IMG/VR virus record: IMGVR_UViG_3300017989_000052
Reading direction: 5' to 3' (one strand)
Length of the DNA: 64,000 nt
Source of the DNA: a virus
Lineage: Duplodnaviria; Heunggongvirae; Uroviricota; Caudoviricetes
Part shown: positions 20,515 through 30,316 of the stretch, piece by piece
Position numbering within the stretch: position 1 is the stretch's first letter
Layout: every line of letters begins with the position of its first letter
Notes under the pieces: model-generated
Told to the model about the DNA's origin: nothing
What the model saw: the letters and a program-made list of their open reading frames with translations, nothing else
Databases searched by the model: none
Made by a program: the position numbers and the translations under genes

Positions 20515-20820
20515 ATGGATACGACAACCTCGATTTCGCATGAAGAGTATCTTGAGATGGCCAGCCTTTTCCGCACACGCTTGCGTAATTGGGATAAAAC
20601 CCAACGCGAGTTGAAGCGGAAAGGGAATTCTGCCCGTTCAGAATTGTTTCAGAACCGGTATCGAATCTCTGCTCTGCTCAACTATTACCTCGCTTGGCGT
20701 GGGGTTGAGCCGAAACATGGGGTGCGTGAGAACTATTTCGCGTGCTGGATTTACCGGGAAGAGACAGAGAAACTAATGAAGGAATTCGGCGAGCCGAAGC
20801 CGAAGACCAGGGATTCCTAA
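20515..20820 (+). CDS. hypothetical protein
   Basis: Internal ATG with a GGAG ribosome-binding site chosen, so as not to overlap the upstream gene. Confidence 0.3.
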   Translation: MDTTTSISHEEYLEMASLFRTRLRNWDKTQRELKRKGNSARSELFQNRYRISALLNYYLAWRGVEPKHGVRENYFACWIYREETEKLMKEFGEPKPKTRDS

Positions 20821-20829
20821 ATCCTGGTT

Positions 20830-20922
20830 GGGGGACTAGCTCAATTGGTAGAGCAGCGGGTTTATGCCCCGTGTTAGTGTCTGATAAACACAAGGTTCTG
20901 GGTTCGAGTCCCAGGTCCCTCA
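20830..20922 (+). tRNA. atypical 93-nt tRNA-like gene with two candidate anticodon hairpins (GCGGG-TTTATGC-CCCGT = UAU, or GTGT-CTGATAA-ACAC = GAU, Ile)
   Basis: Acceptor GGGGGAC/GTCCCTC, D arm GCTC-AATTGGTA-GAGC, T arm CTGGG-TTCGAGT-CCCAG, discriminator A; 42 nt lie between the D and T arms instead of about 22. Confidence 0.5.
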
Positions 20923-20936
20923 TAAGAAAAAGAAAA

Positions 20937-21329
20937 ATGGAAGCGGTCTGGATGGCGGAGCTAGAAGCTACTGGGAAATTTAAGATCTCCCGTATGCGGC
21001 ATTTTAAGAAAGATCCCTCCATGCGCGAACTAGCTCTTTGGGCACTTCAAGAAGTCGAAAGATCTATACAGCATGACAAAATTTTAGACGTCTTTAATTT
21101 CCGAATACACCGCGATGTAAATAGCTATAAACCATTCTGTACAGATTTTTACATCGCCACGTCTGTTGGTTATGTTGAAGTCTCCGTAAAGAAAAAGAAA
21201 TGGGAAGTATTTGATAACCTGCCTTGTGAAGCTTATCTCACCGGCGAGGGCCAACAAACAAGAGGGATCGCAAAGAAAATTAGGGAGAAGAAAATCCTTA
21301 ACATTTCAAACGAACAATTAGAAGGATAG
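20937..21329 (+). CDS. hypothetical protein, possible small PD-(D/E)xK-type nuclease
   Basis: Start moved to the MEAVWM ATG just downstream of the tRNA; the TDFYIA...YVEVSVKKKK pattern is a weak nuclease-motif match. Confidence 0.3.
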   Translation: MEAVWMAELEATGKFKISRMRHFKKDPSMRELALWALQEVERSIQHDKILDVFNFRIHRDVNSYKPFCTDFYIATSVGYVEVSVKKKKWEVFDNLPCEAYLTGEGQQTRGIAKKIREKKILNISNEQLEG

Positions 21330-21333
21330 CTCC

Positions 21334-21591
21334 ATGTCTGTGGAATTAATCAGGATTAGCGTTAATGCAGGAAGGGAACTTGAGCAAAAAATTGAAGCTC
21401 TAGTTTCAATGACTGCCTTTTCTTTATTAGAAGAATATGGGGATTCTCTTCCAGAGGGTGCGCACAGTTCTCTTATTGAGACTTTTTCAAACTTAAAAGC
21501 CGAAGTGAATGACGCCGTTGATCACCAACTTCGGGAACAGAGACAACAGCTTGAAGAGTTATGGAAAACCCAGATAAAGAAAGAGGATTAA
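21334..21591 (+). CDS. hypothetical protein
   Basis: ORF track. Confidence 0.3.
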   Translation: MSVELIRISVNAGRELEQKIEALVSMTAFSLLEEYGDSLPEGAHSSLIETFSNLKAEVNDAVDHQLREQRQQLEELWKTQIKKED

Positions 21592-21791
21592 AGGTGTCTT
21601 TAACAATCAAAGACCTAATAAAGGCGTTTGAGAAGGGGTGGTCAGCCCACGTAGAAAGCCAGCAAACTAGTTATTATGGAGTTACGCCTCCACACCCAAG
21701 CGATTTAGCATCAGATGTATTCGACCGATTTATCCGAGACAAATATCCAGATTTAGTAGCTGAATGGGAAAAAACCGTAAGAGAAGAATAA
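21561..21791 (+). CDS. hypothetical protein
   Basis: ORF track. Confidence 0.3.
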   Translation: MENPDKERGLKVSLTIKDLIKAFEKGWSAHVESQQTSYYGVTPPHPSDLASDVFDRFIRDKYPDLVAEWEKTVREE

Positions 21792-21800
21792 TTTCACTTT

Positions 21801-22868
21801 TTGAAAAGGCGAAAGCACATGTTTAGTTTTAAAGTTTTGGGGAACAGAGTTAGTCTTGGCGACCATTTTTCGTTTTCAATTGAACGTACCCTACGTATTC
21901 CAGATGATGGTAAAGTTTATCCCCTTCCCCCAAGTTGCGGATCTTTCCCTATTTTTAAGGTTGAAGATTACCAAGATAGGGTACCCGCACATTGGGTAGA
22001 GCACGGTGGGATTTTCTTTCCGATGTACCAGCGAGAAGCTGCCTGGTTAAGTTTTAATGGAAGCTACGAAGTTCCTGTTGCAGTAATAGTTGCAGCGGGC
22101 AAGGTTTGTGCTGTCTCTGGTAAGCCTTGGTCCGGGGAACTTAATGCCGATCCGCAAAATTATTGTGTGGCAGGGGGGACCGACCCACAACATTGGATCG
22201 ATGGCTTTAAAACAGAAGATGGTTCGGTTTCTCAATTTGCAGCAATGCCCCTAGGAATGGGGTATACCGTCGAGAAGCAGATTACCGGGGAAGAAAAACA
22301 CGGCGGGATGCAGCTTCAGGTTTTTGAAATTAAAGAGGAGCACCGCAGGAAGCGCCCTATAACTCGTTCAAGAGGGCTAAGACTTGAAAGCGAAGGACTT
22401 GAAAGCTTTGGGGGTCAAATGCTTGCCTGTTGTGCGGCTTCTTTTGGAAGCCCAGAGGCTAGTCTAAGTAGCGCCGGAGCTGAAATGGGCCTTGGGGCAG
22501 GAGGCTCAATCGAACAAGCAATCAAAAAAGATCCCTATGGGGTCGACAAGTTCGACACAACCAAAACTGGAAAACTTTTTATCCATATCGTAAACTCTGT
22601 AATGTTCAAACAAATTACCGGACAGGCTCCACCAGACACTCCAATTGATGCTGCTTCTTATACTCGTCAAGGGTATCCTTGGTTCTCAACATACGAAGAG
22701 GACGCAGGAAAAGATATTAAACCACAGGAGGAGCTAGCCGAAATAAAGACGATTGCTGAAATTGATCAGCTAAAAGAAATTACTGGCCAGCAAAACGACT
22801 CAACGATCCCGATTCACGGAAACCAGGTCAAGCAAATTGGGAAAGACCCCAAAGGTGGAGAATGCTAA
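21801..22868 (+). CDS. hypothetical protein
   Basis: 355-aa ORF. Confidence 0.4.
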   Translation: MKRRKHMFSFKVLGNRVSLGDHFSFSIERTLRIPDDGKVYPLPPSCGSFPIFKVEDYQDRVPAHWVEHGGIFFPMYQREAAWLSFNGSYEVPVAVIVAAGKVCAVSGKPWSGELNADPQNYCVAGGTDPQHWIDGFKTEDGSVSQFAAMPLGMGYTVEKQITGEEKHGGMQLQVFEIKEEHRRKRPITRSRGLRLESEGLESFGGQMLACCAASFGSPEASLSSAGAEMGLGAGGSIEQAIKKDPYGVDKFDTTKTGKLFIHIVNSVMFKQITGQAPPDTPIDAASYTRQGYPWFSTYEEDAGKDIKPQEELAEIKTIAEIDQLKEITGQQNDSTIPIHGNQVKQIGKDPKGGEC

Positions 22869-23102
22869 ATGAAGAAGGAACAGGGGAACTTTCAAGCTCG
22901 GGACGAAGAAGGAGGTCTAAGTTACTTTGACACTTTCAGGGAAGCTTACGATTTCGCGAAAAAAAATCCTGAGGTTTGGAAAATTAGTTTTGTCATCGGG
23001 CCCGATCGCATTCGTCTTGTCCGGGGAGTAAACGAACAATTTGTCCTCGAACAATTCTCAGATATGTTAGCGGAGATGGACTCTGAGAAGCAAATCAGCT
23101 AA
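22869..23102 (+). CDS. hypothetical protein
   Basis: ORF track; TAAATG coupling. Confidence 0.3.
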   Translation: MKKEQGNFQARDEEGGLSYFDTFREAYDFAKKNPEVWKISFVIGPDRIRLVRGVNEQFVLEQFSDMLAEMDSEKQIS

Positions 23103-23254
23103 GGAAACAACAGCGAAAAGCAGGCCCCGATTTAGGGGTCTTCTTTTTTAGTTCAAAAAAAATAAAGTCTAATTCAATCGTTTATCATATAAAATTCATT
23201 TTATATTTAAAAGCAGTCCATGGCAAGCAGTTTTATACGCACAAGGAAGAACCA

Positions 23255-23791
23255 ATGAAACCTGAAAAAAAGCTAAAGACGATTGCAAAAAGAATTAAAA
23301 GCAGTAAATCGCCATTTCTGCCAAAGGAACGGGTGTTAAGATGCCCTGAAGATAATTTCTATTTAGGCTTGTCCGTCGATACACCGCAAAAGGCATGGGA
23401 AAGAGCAAGAGAAATTGCTCGGGAGAAAGGGGACATTGAAAGCAGTGAGTATCTCAAAGACCGGGGGGAATTTCATATCACAGTTCTTTCCCCAAAGGAA
23501 CTACGCAAAGTTCTAAAGGACCACCCCGAGCTTAAAGAAGAGCCTGTTAAAATAACAACCACAGGTAAAAACGGGGTTAAGTATTTAGGGATTGGGCGGG
23601 CCGAGAAAAATGGTAATGTAGCATATTTCATTGTTGTCGATTGGCCCGCAGCAAGAAAACTCAGAGCAAAATATCTTGGGGAAGAAGAGGCTAACAAGCA
23701 AGAATTCCATATCACGTTAGGATTTAAGGAAAAGGATGTTTTTGGCGACCCACCGTTAAAAGGCCCAGAATCCCTCGTGGAAAAGTGGTAG
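23255..23791 (+). CDS. 2H phosphoesterase (LigT / 2',3'-cyclic phosphodiesterase family)
   Basis: Two H-x-T-x motifs (EFHITVL and EFHITLG) about 80 aa apart. Confidence 0.6.
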   Translation: MKPEKKLKTIAKRIKSSKSPFLPKERVLRCPEDNFYLGLSVDTPQKAWERAREIAREKGDIESSEYLKDRGEFHITVLSPKELRKVLKDHPELKEEPVKITTTGKNGVKYLGIGRAEKNGNVAYFIVVDWPAARKLRAKYLGEEEANKQEFHITLGFKEKDVFGDPPLKGPESLVEKW

Positions 23792-24188
23792 CTTTTTTCG
23801 GGTGTGCAATGCCTGATATTATCATAAATAAGCCGACAGAAGAGGATCTCAAATCGCTCCCGGAATTCTGCAATATCGCAGTAATTAATGGAGCCCACAC
23901 AAAGTGGCTGCTCAGAGAATTCCAGGACGAAATTGGTTCTTTCTCTGTGGGTATCACGTTTATGCTAAATACTATTATCTAGACAACTACGCTTTAGTAG
24001 AAAATAATATAGAAGTCGAAGCGCGCTGTCTTGGGATACACGTATAGTAAGAATAAACCCCTCTTCCGTGATAAGAATCGCTGACTGGTTACCAGACCAT
24101 ATTCAAGCTATCCAATCAAATCCGCAGAGGTATTTAACCGGGGAAAGTGCAGTTACCCGAACCTTAGCTAAAACCTATTTAAAGCAAA

Positions 24189-24653
24189 ATGAATTACAAC
24201 TGGACAAAAAGCAAAGAGCGAATCCTTCTTTCTAAGCTCTTGACTTCTCAAAAATTTAATCATGGAGTTACCTGCTTTTTTGTTCCCCTAACAAAAGTAA
24301 TTGGGGCTAAGTTATTTGAACACTCTAAAGAACGAAACCAAGCTTTAACATTACAAAAGAAAGCCGCCAAGCATGGCCTAGCACCGAAGGCAGGGGAAAA
24401 GTTTTCTTTTTCTTGGAGAGTCTTTCCTTGGGATCTTTTTGAGGATGAACCCCAAGTTATAAAAATTTATGGGTATCTAACACAAATAGCAGAAACCCCC
24501 ATTACTTTATCCCCGAAGGAAGAGGAAGAGCTGGAAAAACGTCTTAGGGATATTGGAATTAGTGCTTTTGATTTACACGAAGATAATATTGGTAAAATCG
24601 GTAAAAATATTCTATGTATAGACTTCGACCACGAAAGCGTTGAAGCTATTTGA
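24189..24653 (+). CDS. hypothetical protein
   Basis: ORF track. Confidence 0.3.
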   Translation: MNYNWTKSKERILLSKLLTSQKFNHGVTCFFVPLTKVIGAKLFEHSKERNQALTLQKKAAKHGLAPKAGEKFSFSWRVFPWDLFEDEPQVIKIYGYLTQIAETPITLSPKEEEELEKRLRDIGISAFDLHEDNIGKIGKNILCIDFDHESVEAI

Positions 24654-24665
24654 AAAGGAAAATCA

Positions 24666-25610
24666 ATGGATTTGATTTTGGATGCGAATAATCTAGAATA
24701 CCGTAGTTTTTGGATTGGGAAAACTTTTGGGAAAAAGAATCCCAAGGAAGCAGAAGAGATCGAGATTTCCGAGGATGGAGAAAAGAAACCGGGATTCGGG
24801 GGTATTTATATCTTCCTTGGCACTTTGCGTAAACTAGTCGAAGAGTTTCGCCCCGAAAGGGTTTGGGCATGTTGGGATAAGAAATTAATCTGGCCTTCGT
24901 CTAATTTTAGAAAAGATATGCTGAAGGGAGAATATAAGGCAACAAGAGATAATGAAGCCGCATTCTCCGAGATGTATAGCCAAGAAGATCTCTTGATAGA
25001 GGTTTTAAAAGTTTTGGGCTGTATTAACATGCATCCCAGGGTTCTTGAGGCCGATGACGTTATTAGTTGGTTAAGCCGCAAGGCTCCAGCAGACAACATG
25101 GTTGTTAGTACTGATAATGACCTTTACCAGCTGATTTCTGAAAGAACTAGCTTCTATAACCTGAATAAGAAAAGTGTTATCTGTTTAGCGAATTTTGAGA
25201 GTGAAATTGGGATTGAGCCAGAACACTTTGTTAAGTGGAAATCGATCCAAGGCGACAAGTCCGATAATATTTCGGGATTAAAAGGTTTTGGGAAAAAGAA
25301 AGCAGCAAAGCTTGCGCGTGCCTGGGATACGGAAGCGGCTAAGCTTTCTCCAGAACAACAAGAACTTGTGGATAGAAATATTACCGTTATTGATTTAAGC
25401 AAAAGTTGGGAAATGGAAGACGGGGAGGAAGATTTTTATGACCTCCAGTTCGAGGACGCGAGATGCCAACAAGACCTGAGCGTTTTCAAAGGAATCTGTG
25501 AAAAAATGAACTTCCAAAGATTCCTGAAAAACTTCGATAAATGGGTGAGACCCTTTAAAAGTCTTACCGAAGCCCCCCAACCACTAGAAGTGGAAGACGA
25601 CTTGCTTTAG
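24666..25610 (+). CDS. 5'-3' exonuclease / flap endonuclease (T4 RNase H / FEN family)
   Basis: PIN-like N-terminal domain with acidic clusters (WDKK, ADDVIS, STDNDLYQL) and H3TH motif KWKSIQGDKSDNISGLKGFGKKKAAKL. Confidence 0.75.
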   Translation: MDLILDANNLEYRSFWIGKTFGKKNPKEAEEIEISEDGEKKPGFGGIYIFLGTLRKLVEEFRPERVWACWDKKLIWPSSNFRKDMLKGEYKATRDNEAAFSEMYSQEDLLIEVLKVLGCINMHPRVLEADDVISWLSRKAPADNMVVSTDNDLYQLISERTSFYNLNKKSVICLANFESEIGIEPEHFVKWKSIQGDKSDNISGLKGFGKKKAAKLARAWDTEAAKLSPEQQELVDRNITVIDLSKSWEMEDGEEDFYDLQFEDARCQQDLSVFKGICEKMNFQRFLKNFDKWVRPFKSLTEAPQPLEVEDDLL

Positions 25611-25621
25611 GAGAGTAAGAC

Positions 25622-26062
25622 ATGCCAGACAAAGAGATTAAATTCTACGGCCCTACTGACGAATACGGGTTCTTCTCAAACTTCTCCGCCCATCCGATTA
25701 GCCTAAAAGGAAAGGTCTGGCCTACCTCCGAGCATTACTACCAAGCACAGAAATTTGCGGGCACGGAAATCGAAGAAAAGATTCGATGGCTACCCGCTCC
25801 TGGAAAAGCCTTTCGGGAAGCTCGAAAACATAAATTGAGGGAGGACTGGGAAGAAGTAAAAGTTGATGTAATGCGCGATGCATTGCTTGCGAAATTCACC
25901 CAACACGGGGACCTTAGACGAATTCTTTTAGGGACTAAGGATGCCCTTTTAATCGAGCACACTCCCCGCGATTCTTTTTGGGGGGATGGCGGGGATGGTA
26001 GTGGAAAAAATATGCTCGGAACTCTTCTTATGGAACTGAGAGAAAAGCTAAGGGGACAATAA
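25622..26062 (+). CDS. NADAR-family protein (YbiA-like N-glycosidase / ADP-ribose processing)
   Basis: YGFFSNFS...VWPTSEHYYQAQKF...FWGDGGDGSGKNMLGTLLMELREKL is close to E. coli YbiA throughout. Confidence 0.8.
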   Translation: MPDKEIKFYGPTDEYGFFSNFSAHPISLKGKVWPTSEHYYQAQKFAGTEIEEKIRWLPAPGKAFREARKHKLREDWEEVKVDVMRDALLAKFTQHGDLRRILLGTKDALLIEHTPRDSFWGDGGDGSGKNMLGTLLMELREKLRGQ

Positions 26063-27214
26063 ATGGAATTGCCTTTGAAGGTTATCCTAGACCTTAACCC
26101 GTTAGCAGCAGAACTGTATGAAGAGTTAAAGTTCCCAACGGAGATTAGGGTTTGGCCTGATATGCAAAGAGTTTTTTCGGGCGAACAAAAACTTGCTTCC
26201 ATGAAAGGAGGTTTGGGATTTGCAAAACTTCCCGTAATCATTCAAGCAGATTTTGCATATCAAGTTTCCAGAACTATTTTTATGGATGTCCCTTTAGAGA
26301 TTAGAGGGGCGAACACGAGCGAGATAGTACTAAAACCCCGTAAAGTTTGTGGAGTCACGCGAAGTTTCATTGGGAAAATCCATGAAAATCTGACTTCAAA
26401 TATTCCAGAAATTCGAACACAAGTAAAACGCGCAGTTAAAACAGAGCCACAAATTTTCAGATTTCCTGAAGGGGAAGAGCATCTTCCAACACTCAAAATC
26501 TGCGAGAAATTAAACGACAAGCTACAACACTTTACTTTAGAGCCCCGGGAAGCGGTGGATCGAGAAACGGACGTAGATATTGTTTGTACTCTAGCTCCAG
26601 TTAACGTAACTGTGAGTGCTAAATCTCTCGGGACCCTCCGCGAAATTAAATTTTCAAAGATCTTAGAATTCTTCACCTCTCTTGATTGTTATTGTGCTCA
26701 GCTCGCGCAAACAACCCTAAATTACAAAATTACTGAGTTTGACCTTAGCTGCTGTATCTCTTATGAGCAGGAAGAGTTTACTGCCCATTGGACTGTAGAC
26801 CCAATTTTTGGGGTAAGCACTTACGGCCAAATGTTTAGAACAATATCTAACACTTTTGGAAATATCGATTTACTTGTAAGAGTGGAGAAAAACCCGGGGT
26901 TTGAGACTGGTTCTGATTTGGCGACGTACCTTATAACCCTTGAAATGTTTATTGCAGCCCTAAGCTCCCTCTGGGTGTCTAACCCATGTAGTATACATAA
27001 ATTTATTGCAATTAAATTTTCGCCCGGCAATGGGGAAGAATTAGAAGTATCCCTTATATCTCTAGCAATCTCGGTTGACCCCTGTAGTGGTTATAGTAAT
27101 AATCCCTATAACTATCACGACACGCTTCAGAGGTTGCTTGGGGATGAAAAAACGGGGAAGCGTCGGATGTCTCTTTATGCTTTTAATGATATGATTAGCG
27201 AAATAATCAATTAA
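26063..27214 (+). CDS. hypothetical protein
   Basis: 383-aa ORF. Confidence 0.35.
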   Translation: MELPLKVILDLNPLAAELYEELKFPTEIRVWPDMQRVFSGEQKLASMKGGLGFAKLPVIIQADFAYQVSRTIFMDVPLEIRGANTSEIVLKPRKVCGVTRSFIGKIHENLTSNIPEIRTQVKRAVKTEPQIFRFPEGEEHLPTLKICEKLNDKLQHFTLEPREAVDRETDVDIVCTLAPVNVTVSAKSLGTLREIKFSKILEFFTSLDCYCAQLAQTTLNYKITEFDLSCCISYEQEEFTAHWTVDPIFGVSTYGQMFRTISNTFGNIDLLVRVEKNPGFETGSDLATYLITLEMFIAALSSLWVSNPCSIHKFIAIKFSPGNGEELEVSLISLAISVDPCSGYSNNPYNYHDTLQRLLGDEKTGKRRMSLYAFNDMISEIIN

Positions 27215-27245
27215 TCTTATTTTCCTTAAAAAGGAAATAAGGACT

Positions 27246-27779
27246 ATGCTTTCTAAAAATATTCAAAAAATAGCTTTCGATTTAATCGCGAAATCCCAAA
27301 AAAGATGCGAATCGGCAGGGCTTTTCTTGCCCCTCCCGAAACATATTGCAAAGCATTTTCCCCATAAACCAGAAGATACATCTCCTCCCCATGTGACGCT
27401 ACTTTATATTGGGGATGTCCCCGAAGTAGATGCCATTCTTTATAAAAAGATAGCAGAAGTTGCTGCAGCAAAAAATCCCGTTGGGAAGATGAAACTAAAG
27501 GACCCTTCCTTCTTCAAAAATCAGCATGATCAATGGATAGCGCACAACCCAATCGAATGCCCAGGGCTAGAGGACCTACGCAAAGCAATCTGGGATGCTT
27601 GTGATAAAATTGGATTAGAAGTCCAAGATAGTTTCAAAAAGTTTAAGCCTCATGCCACATTAGCTTACCTTGATAAAAAGAAGTATGACGGAGATTTCTT
27701 TATTGGGGACTTCCAACCCACATCTGTCGAACTATGGGGCTTTGGAAAGAAACATAAAATCCCCTTAATCCCTAACTAA
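27246..27779 (+). CDS. 2H phosphoesterase, second copy
   Basis: PHVTLLY and PHATLAY HxTx motifs. Confidence 0.55.
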   Translation: MLSKNIQKIAFDLIAKSQKRCESAGLFLPLPKHIAKHFPHKPEDTSPPHVTLLYIGDVPEVDAILYKKIAEVAAAKNPVGKMKLKDPSFFKNQHDQWIAHNPIECPGLEDLRKAIWDACDKIGLEVQDSFKKFKPHATLAYLDKKKYDGDFFIGDFQPTSVELWGFGKKHKIPLIPN

Positions 27780-27817
27780 TTATAATCTAAAAATCCAACG
27801 AGGTACGAAGCAACCTC

Positions 27818-27837
27818 ATTATATATTTAAGGTAACC
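27818..27837 (+). promoter_or_regulatory. variant of the recurrent AATATATATAAGGTAGG promoter-like motif (ATTATATATTTAAGGTAACC)
   Basis: Lies 30 nt upstream of the sigma factor gene. Confidence 0.3.
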
Positions 27838-27866
27838 TACCCCAACTAAGGAAGTTCCCTTAAAAA

Positions 27867-28430
27867 ATGGATTATCAAAATCTCTATACAGAGCTGAGAA
27901 ATGGGACCCTAACCGAGGAAACACTCGAGGAGTTCCAAGGCTTGCTGGAGCTTCGGCTTCGCCAGAAGTACAAAAATGTTGCTCTCCTCGCATCTATTTT
28001 TGGTATGAGCCCACCTGATCTTATTCAGGAACTTTTAATTAAGGCGCTGCTCGCTGCTCGAACTTTCGATGAAGAAAAAACAGTTTTCACTACTTATCTC
28101 TACCGCTGTATAGATAACGAAATTTATAGTCGGCATCAAAGTTTTAGGCGAAACCTTAACAAAGGGGCTTTAGTCCAAAGGGAAGACGAAGACGTTCCTA
28201 TTACCGAACAAGGGTTTAATGAAATCGACAGTAAAGAGGAGTTAACTTTTCTTTTACAAAATCTCCCCAGACTTCCTGAGCGGGAGGAAATAATTCTCAG
28301 TTTAAGGTTGGTGGGCTTTACGTTTGAAAAGATTGGGAAAACGTTCGGCATATCTCGGGAAGCCGTGCATCAACGCTTCCATAAAAGCATCCTCCCGAAA
28401 TTGAGAGGCATCTTAAATGGGCGAATATAA
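27867..28430 (+). CDS. sigma-70 family (ECF-like) sigma factor
   Basis: Region 2-like FTTYLYRCIDNEIYS and region 4 HTH EREEIILSLRLVGFTFEKIGKTFGISREAVHQRF. Confidence 0.65.
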   Translation: MDYQNLYTELRNGTLTEETLEEFQGLLELRLRQKYKNVALLASIFGMSPPDLIQELLIKALLAARTFDEEKTVFTTYLYRCIDNEIYSRHQSFRRNLNKGALVQREDEDVPITEQGFNEIDSKEELTFLLQNLPRLPEREEIILSLRLVGFTFEKIGKTFGISREAVHQRFHKSILPKLRGILNGRI

Positions 28431-28827
28431 AATAGAAGAAATTAAGCAAGTAAGTTTTATTTTCACAGACGGCCTCCCTTTATGGGATTCGAATCTTACT
28501 TCTTTTCTTCTTACCGAAGATATAACAGTAAAAAGGCTTGGGCAAGCCTTGCTTTATTGCCTACAAGCAATGCCACCCCGCAAAGACCCTTCCAAGCTTA
28601 AAATTACCGAAATAATAGCAGGAAAGCTTTATAACCTTAGTTATTCTGTGGTTGATAAACTTTGTGGAGAACAGATAGAATATAGCAGCTCTTATGCTAT
28701 CAAGGTTAGCCCTTTTCTCCTCTCCCACTTTGTAAACACAACCACACTAAAAATCGCTCATGCAACTTCGCTGACATCGGAGATGATTGGGGCCCGGACA
28801 TTCGCCAAGGCGCTAAACAATGATTAA
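28417..28827 (+). CDS. hypothetical protein (weak LLTH family-like C-terminus)
   Basis: ORF track. Confidence 0.3.
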   Translation: MGEYKIEEIKQVSFIFTDGLPLWDSNLTSFLLTEDITVKRLGQALLYCLQAMPPRKDPSKLKITEIIAGKLYNLSYSVVDKLCGEQIEYSSSYAIKVSPFLLSHFVNTTTLKIAHATSLTSEMIGARTFAKALNND

Positions 28828-29239
28828 AGTTCTTTTCAGGCATTTTAAGGGCTATTACATCTCTTCCCCAGCATCCGTATTCTCTAAAATACTGGAAGTG
28901 CAGGATATCGAGGAGTCCACAATACGAGCCCTTGTGCTCAAAATGTTTGAACAAGAAATAGAAGAATTAGACGAACTTAAACTTATTCCGCCTTCTGCCT
29001 TAACTCTTGATGAATTAGCTCATTTTTCTACGGAAGAACAGAAAACCTTACGGGAGAGTGCTTTCCTTGTAAGAGCTAAGCTCTTGACCCCATCTGGAGA
29101 ATCCCAATATATAATTCAGTACCCAGAGGTTGAAGTATATATACCAGATTTCGCTGCAGTGAAATCTTTGCTTACCCATTCGCACCCAGGAATTAGAAAT
29201 TTTGCCAAAGAAACGTTGGGAGATTCTAATGACGACTGA
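28820..29239 (+). CDS. hypothetical protein, LLTH-x-VR motif family (SLLTHSHPGIRNFAKETLG)
   Basis: C-terminal motif. Confidence 0.4.
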   Translation: MIKVLFRHFKGYYISSPASVFSKILEVQDIEESTIRALVLKMFEQEIEELDELKLIPPSALTLDELAHFSTEEQKTLRESAFLVRAKLLTPSGESQYIIQYPEVEVYIPDFAAVKSLLTHSHPGIRNFAKETLGDSNDD

Positions 29240-29510
29240 CACCGACATTGAAGAACTTATCGATATAGAAACCGATACGGAGAACCCTTGGAAAGTTTTG
29301 CTTTTCAATGACGAAGACCATAGCTTTGATGAGGTAATTCTCCAGGTGCAAAAAGCCAAGGGCTGTACTCTTGAAGAAGCAATTGAGATTACACTAACAG
29401 CACACAGCTCAGGCCAAGCGATAGTTAAAGTAGATACAATGGAAGAATGTGAAAGGGTAGCGGGTGTGTTGCAACAAATTCAACTCCGTACTTGTATCGA
29501 GCGTGCTTAA
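29229..29510 (+). CDS. clpS: ClpS-like ATP-dependent Clp protease adaptor
   Basis: PWKVLLFNDEDHSFDEVILQVQKA...EEAIEITLTAHSSGQAIVKV...EECERVAGVLQ follows the ClpS core pattern ([20 protein letters not shown]...A.QLML.VH..G.A.CG). Confidence 0.6.
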   Translation: MTTDTDIEELIDIETDTENPWKVLLFNDEDHSFDEVILQVQKAKGCTLEEAIEITLTAHSSGQAIVKVDTMEECERVAGVLQQIQLRTCIERA

Positions 29511-29520
29511 AAGGAGAAAA

Positions 29521-30243
29521 ATGATGAATTGGCCACTAGTTCCCCATCGCCGCCCTGGTTTCCTTGACTTCGATCTGGAAGAAGACCTAGAAGAAGCATC
29601 CCACGCTGATATTTTGGCAGAATTTTTGAGGCTTGAGAAAAAAGCCGAGGACTTAAAGTTTAAGTTAAAGCAACAGTTTGGCATTAAGAGGGAAGAGTTT
29701 TCCCTTGAGCCGGAGACAACAAAAACCCCGTGTTTTAGAACAACAAGTTTAGTCGATGTGGATTCTTTTCTTGCTGGGGTCGCTGCCCAGAAAAAAGCAA
29801 CTCAAGATGAAGCGCGGTTAAAGGAAGCAAGCAAGCGCAGAGAAGAACAAGAGGAGCAATTGCGGGCACAAAAAATAAAAGCTCTTGGAGAACTTAAGGA
29901 GTGGTTAGAGAACTCAAAATTCGAGAAGCACGAAAAAGCATTAGCCACGGTACTATATAATGAATTCTTCGAAGGATCAGAGGGGTTTGTGGCGTGGTCG
30001 CTGACCAGTACTGATGTGCCACATGACGCAGCTCAATTCGACAGTTGCAATAAAATGCTCGTTAAAGCTCGTAATATCGATTTAGATAAGGCTAAAACAG
30101 CATTAGCTAAGTTAACCCCTGTTTCTTTACAGTGGGCAGCAATTGTCTCAAAGTGGGATGAGATCAAGTGGGTTTATAACTCTTCAAATAGAAACAGAAA
30201 AATCCAAGCTATTCTCAAAAAGGCAAAACGCCAGAAGAAATAA
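29521..30243 (+). CDS. hypothetical coiled-coil protein
   Basis: Start at the MMNWP ATG with an AAGGAG ribosome-binding site. Confidence 0.35.
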   Translation: MMNWPLVPHRRPGFLDFDLEEDLEEASHADILAEFLRLEKKAEDLKFKLKQQFGIKREEFSLEPETTKTPCFRTTSLVDVDSFLAGVAAQKKATQDEARLKEASKRREEQEEQLRAQKIKALGELKEWLENSKFEKHEKALATVLYNEFFEGSEGFVAWSLTSTDVPHDAAQFDSCNKMLVKARNIDLDKAKTALAKLTPVSLQWAAIVSKWDEIKWVYNSSNRNRKIQAILKKAKRQKK

Positions 30244-30316
30244 TCCTACCTCACAAGGTTAAATTACTTCCAGCTGAACAATTCTGGATAAGAGACTAGC
30301 TAATTCAGGAGAACCA

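Noticed and set aside
20678-21022. Minus-strand ORF (114 aa) containing GLEPRTLCLSDT…
   Set aside because: It is the antisense of the tRNA-like gene at 20830-20922. The GFEP/GLEP peptides are the classic artefact of translating the complement of a T arm.
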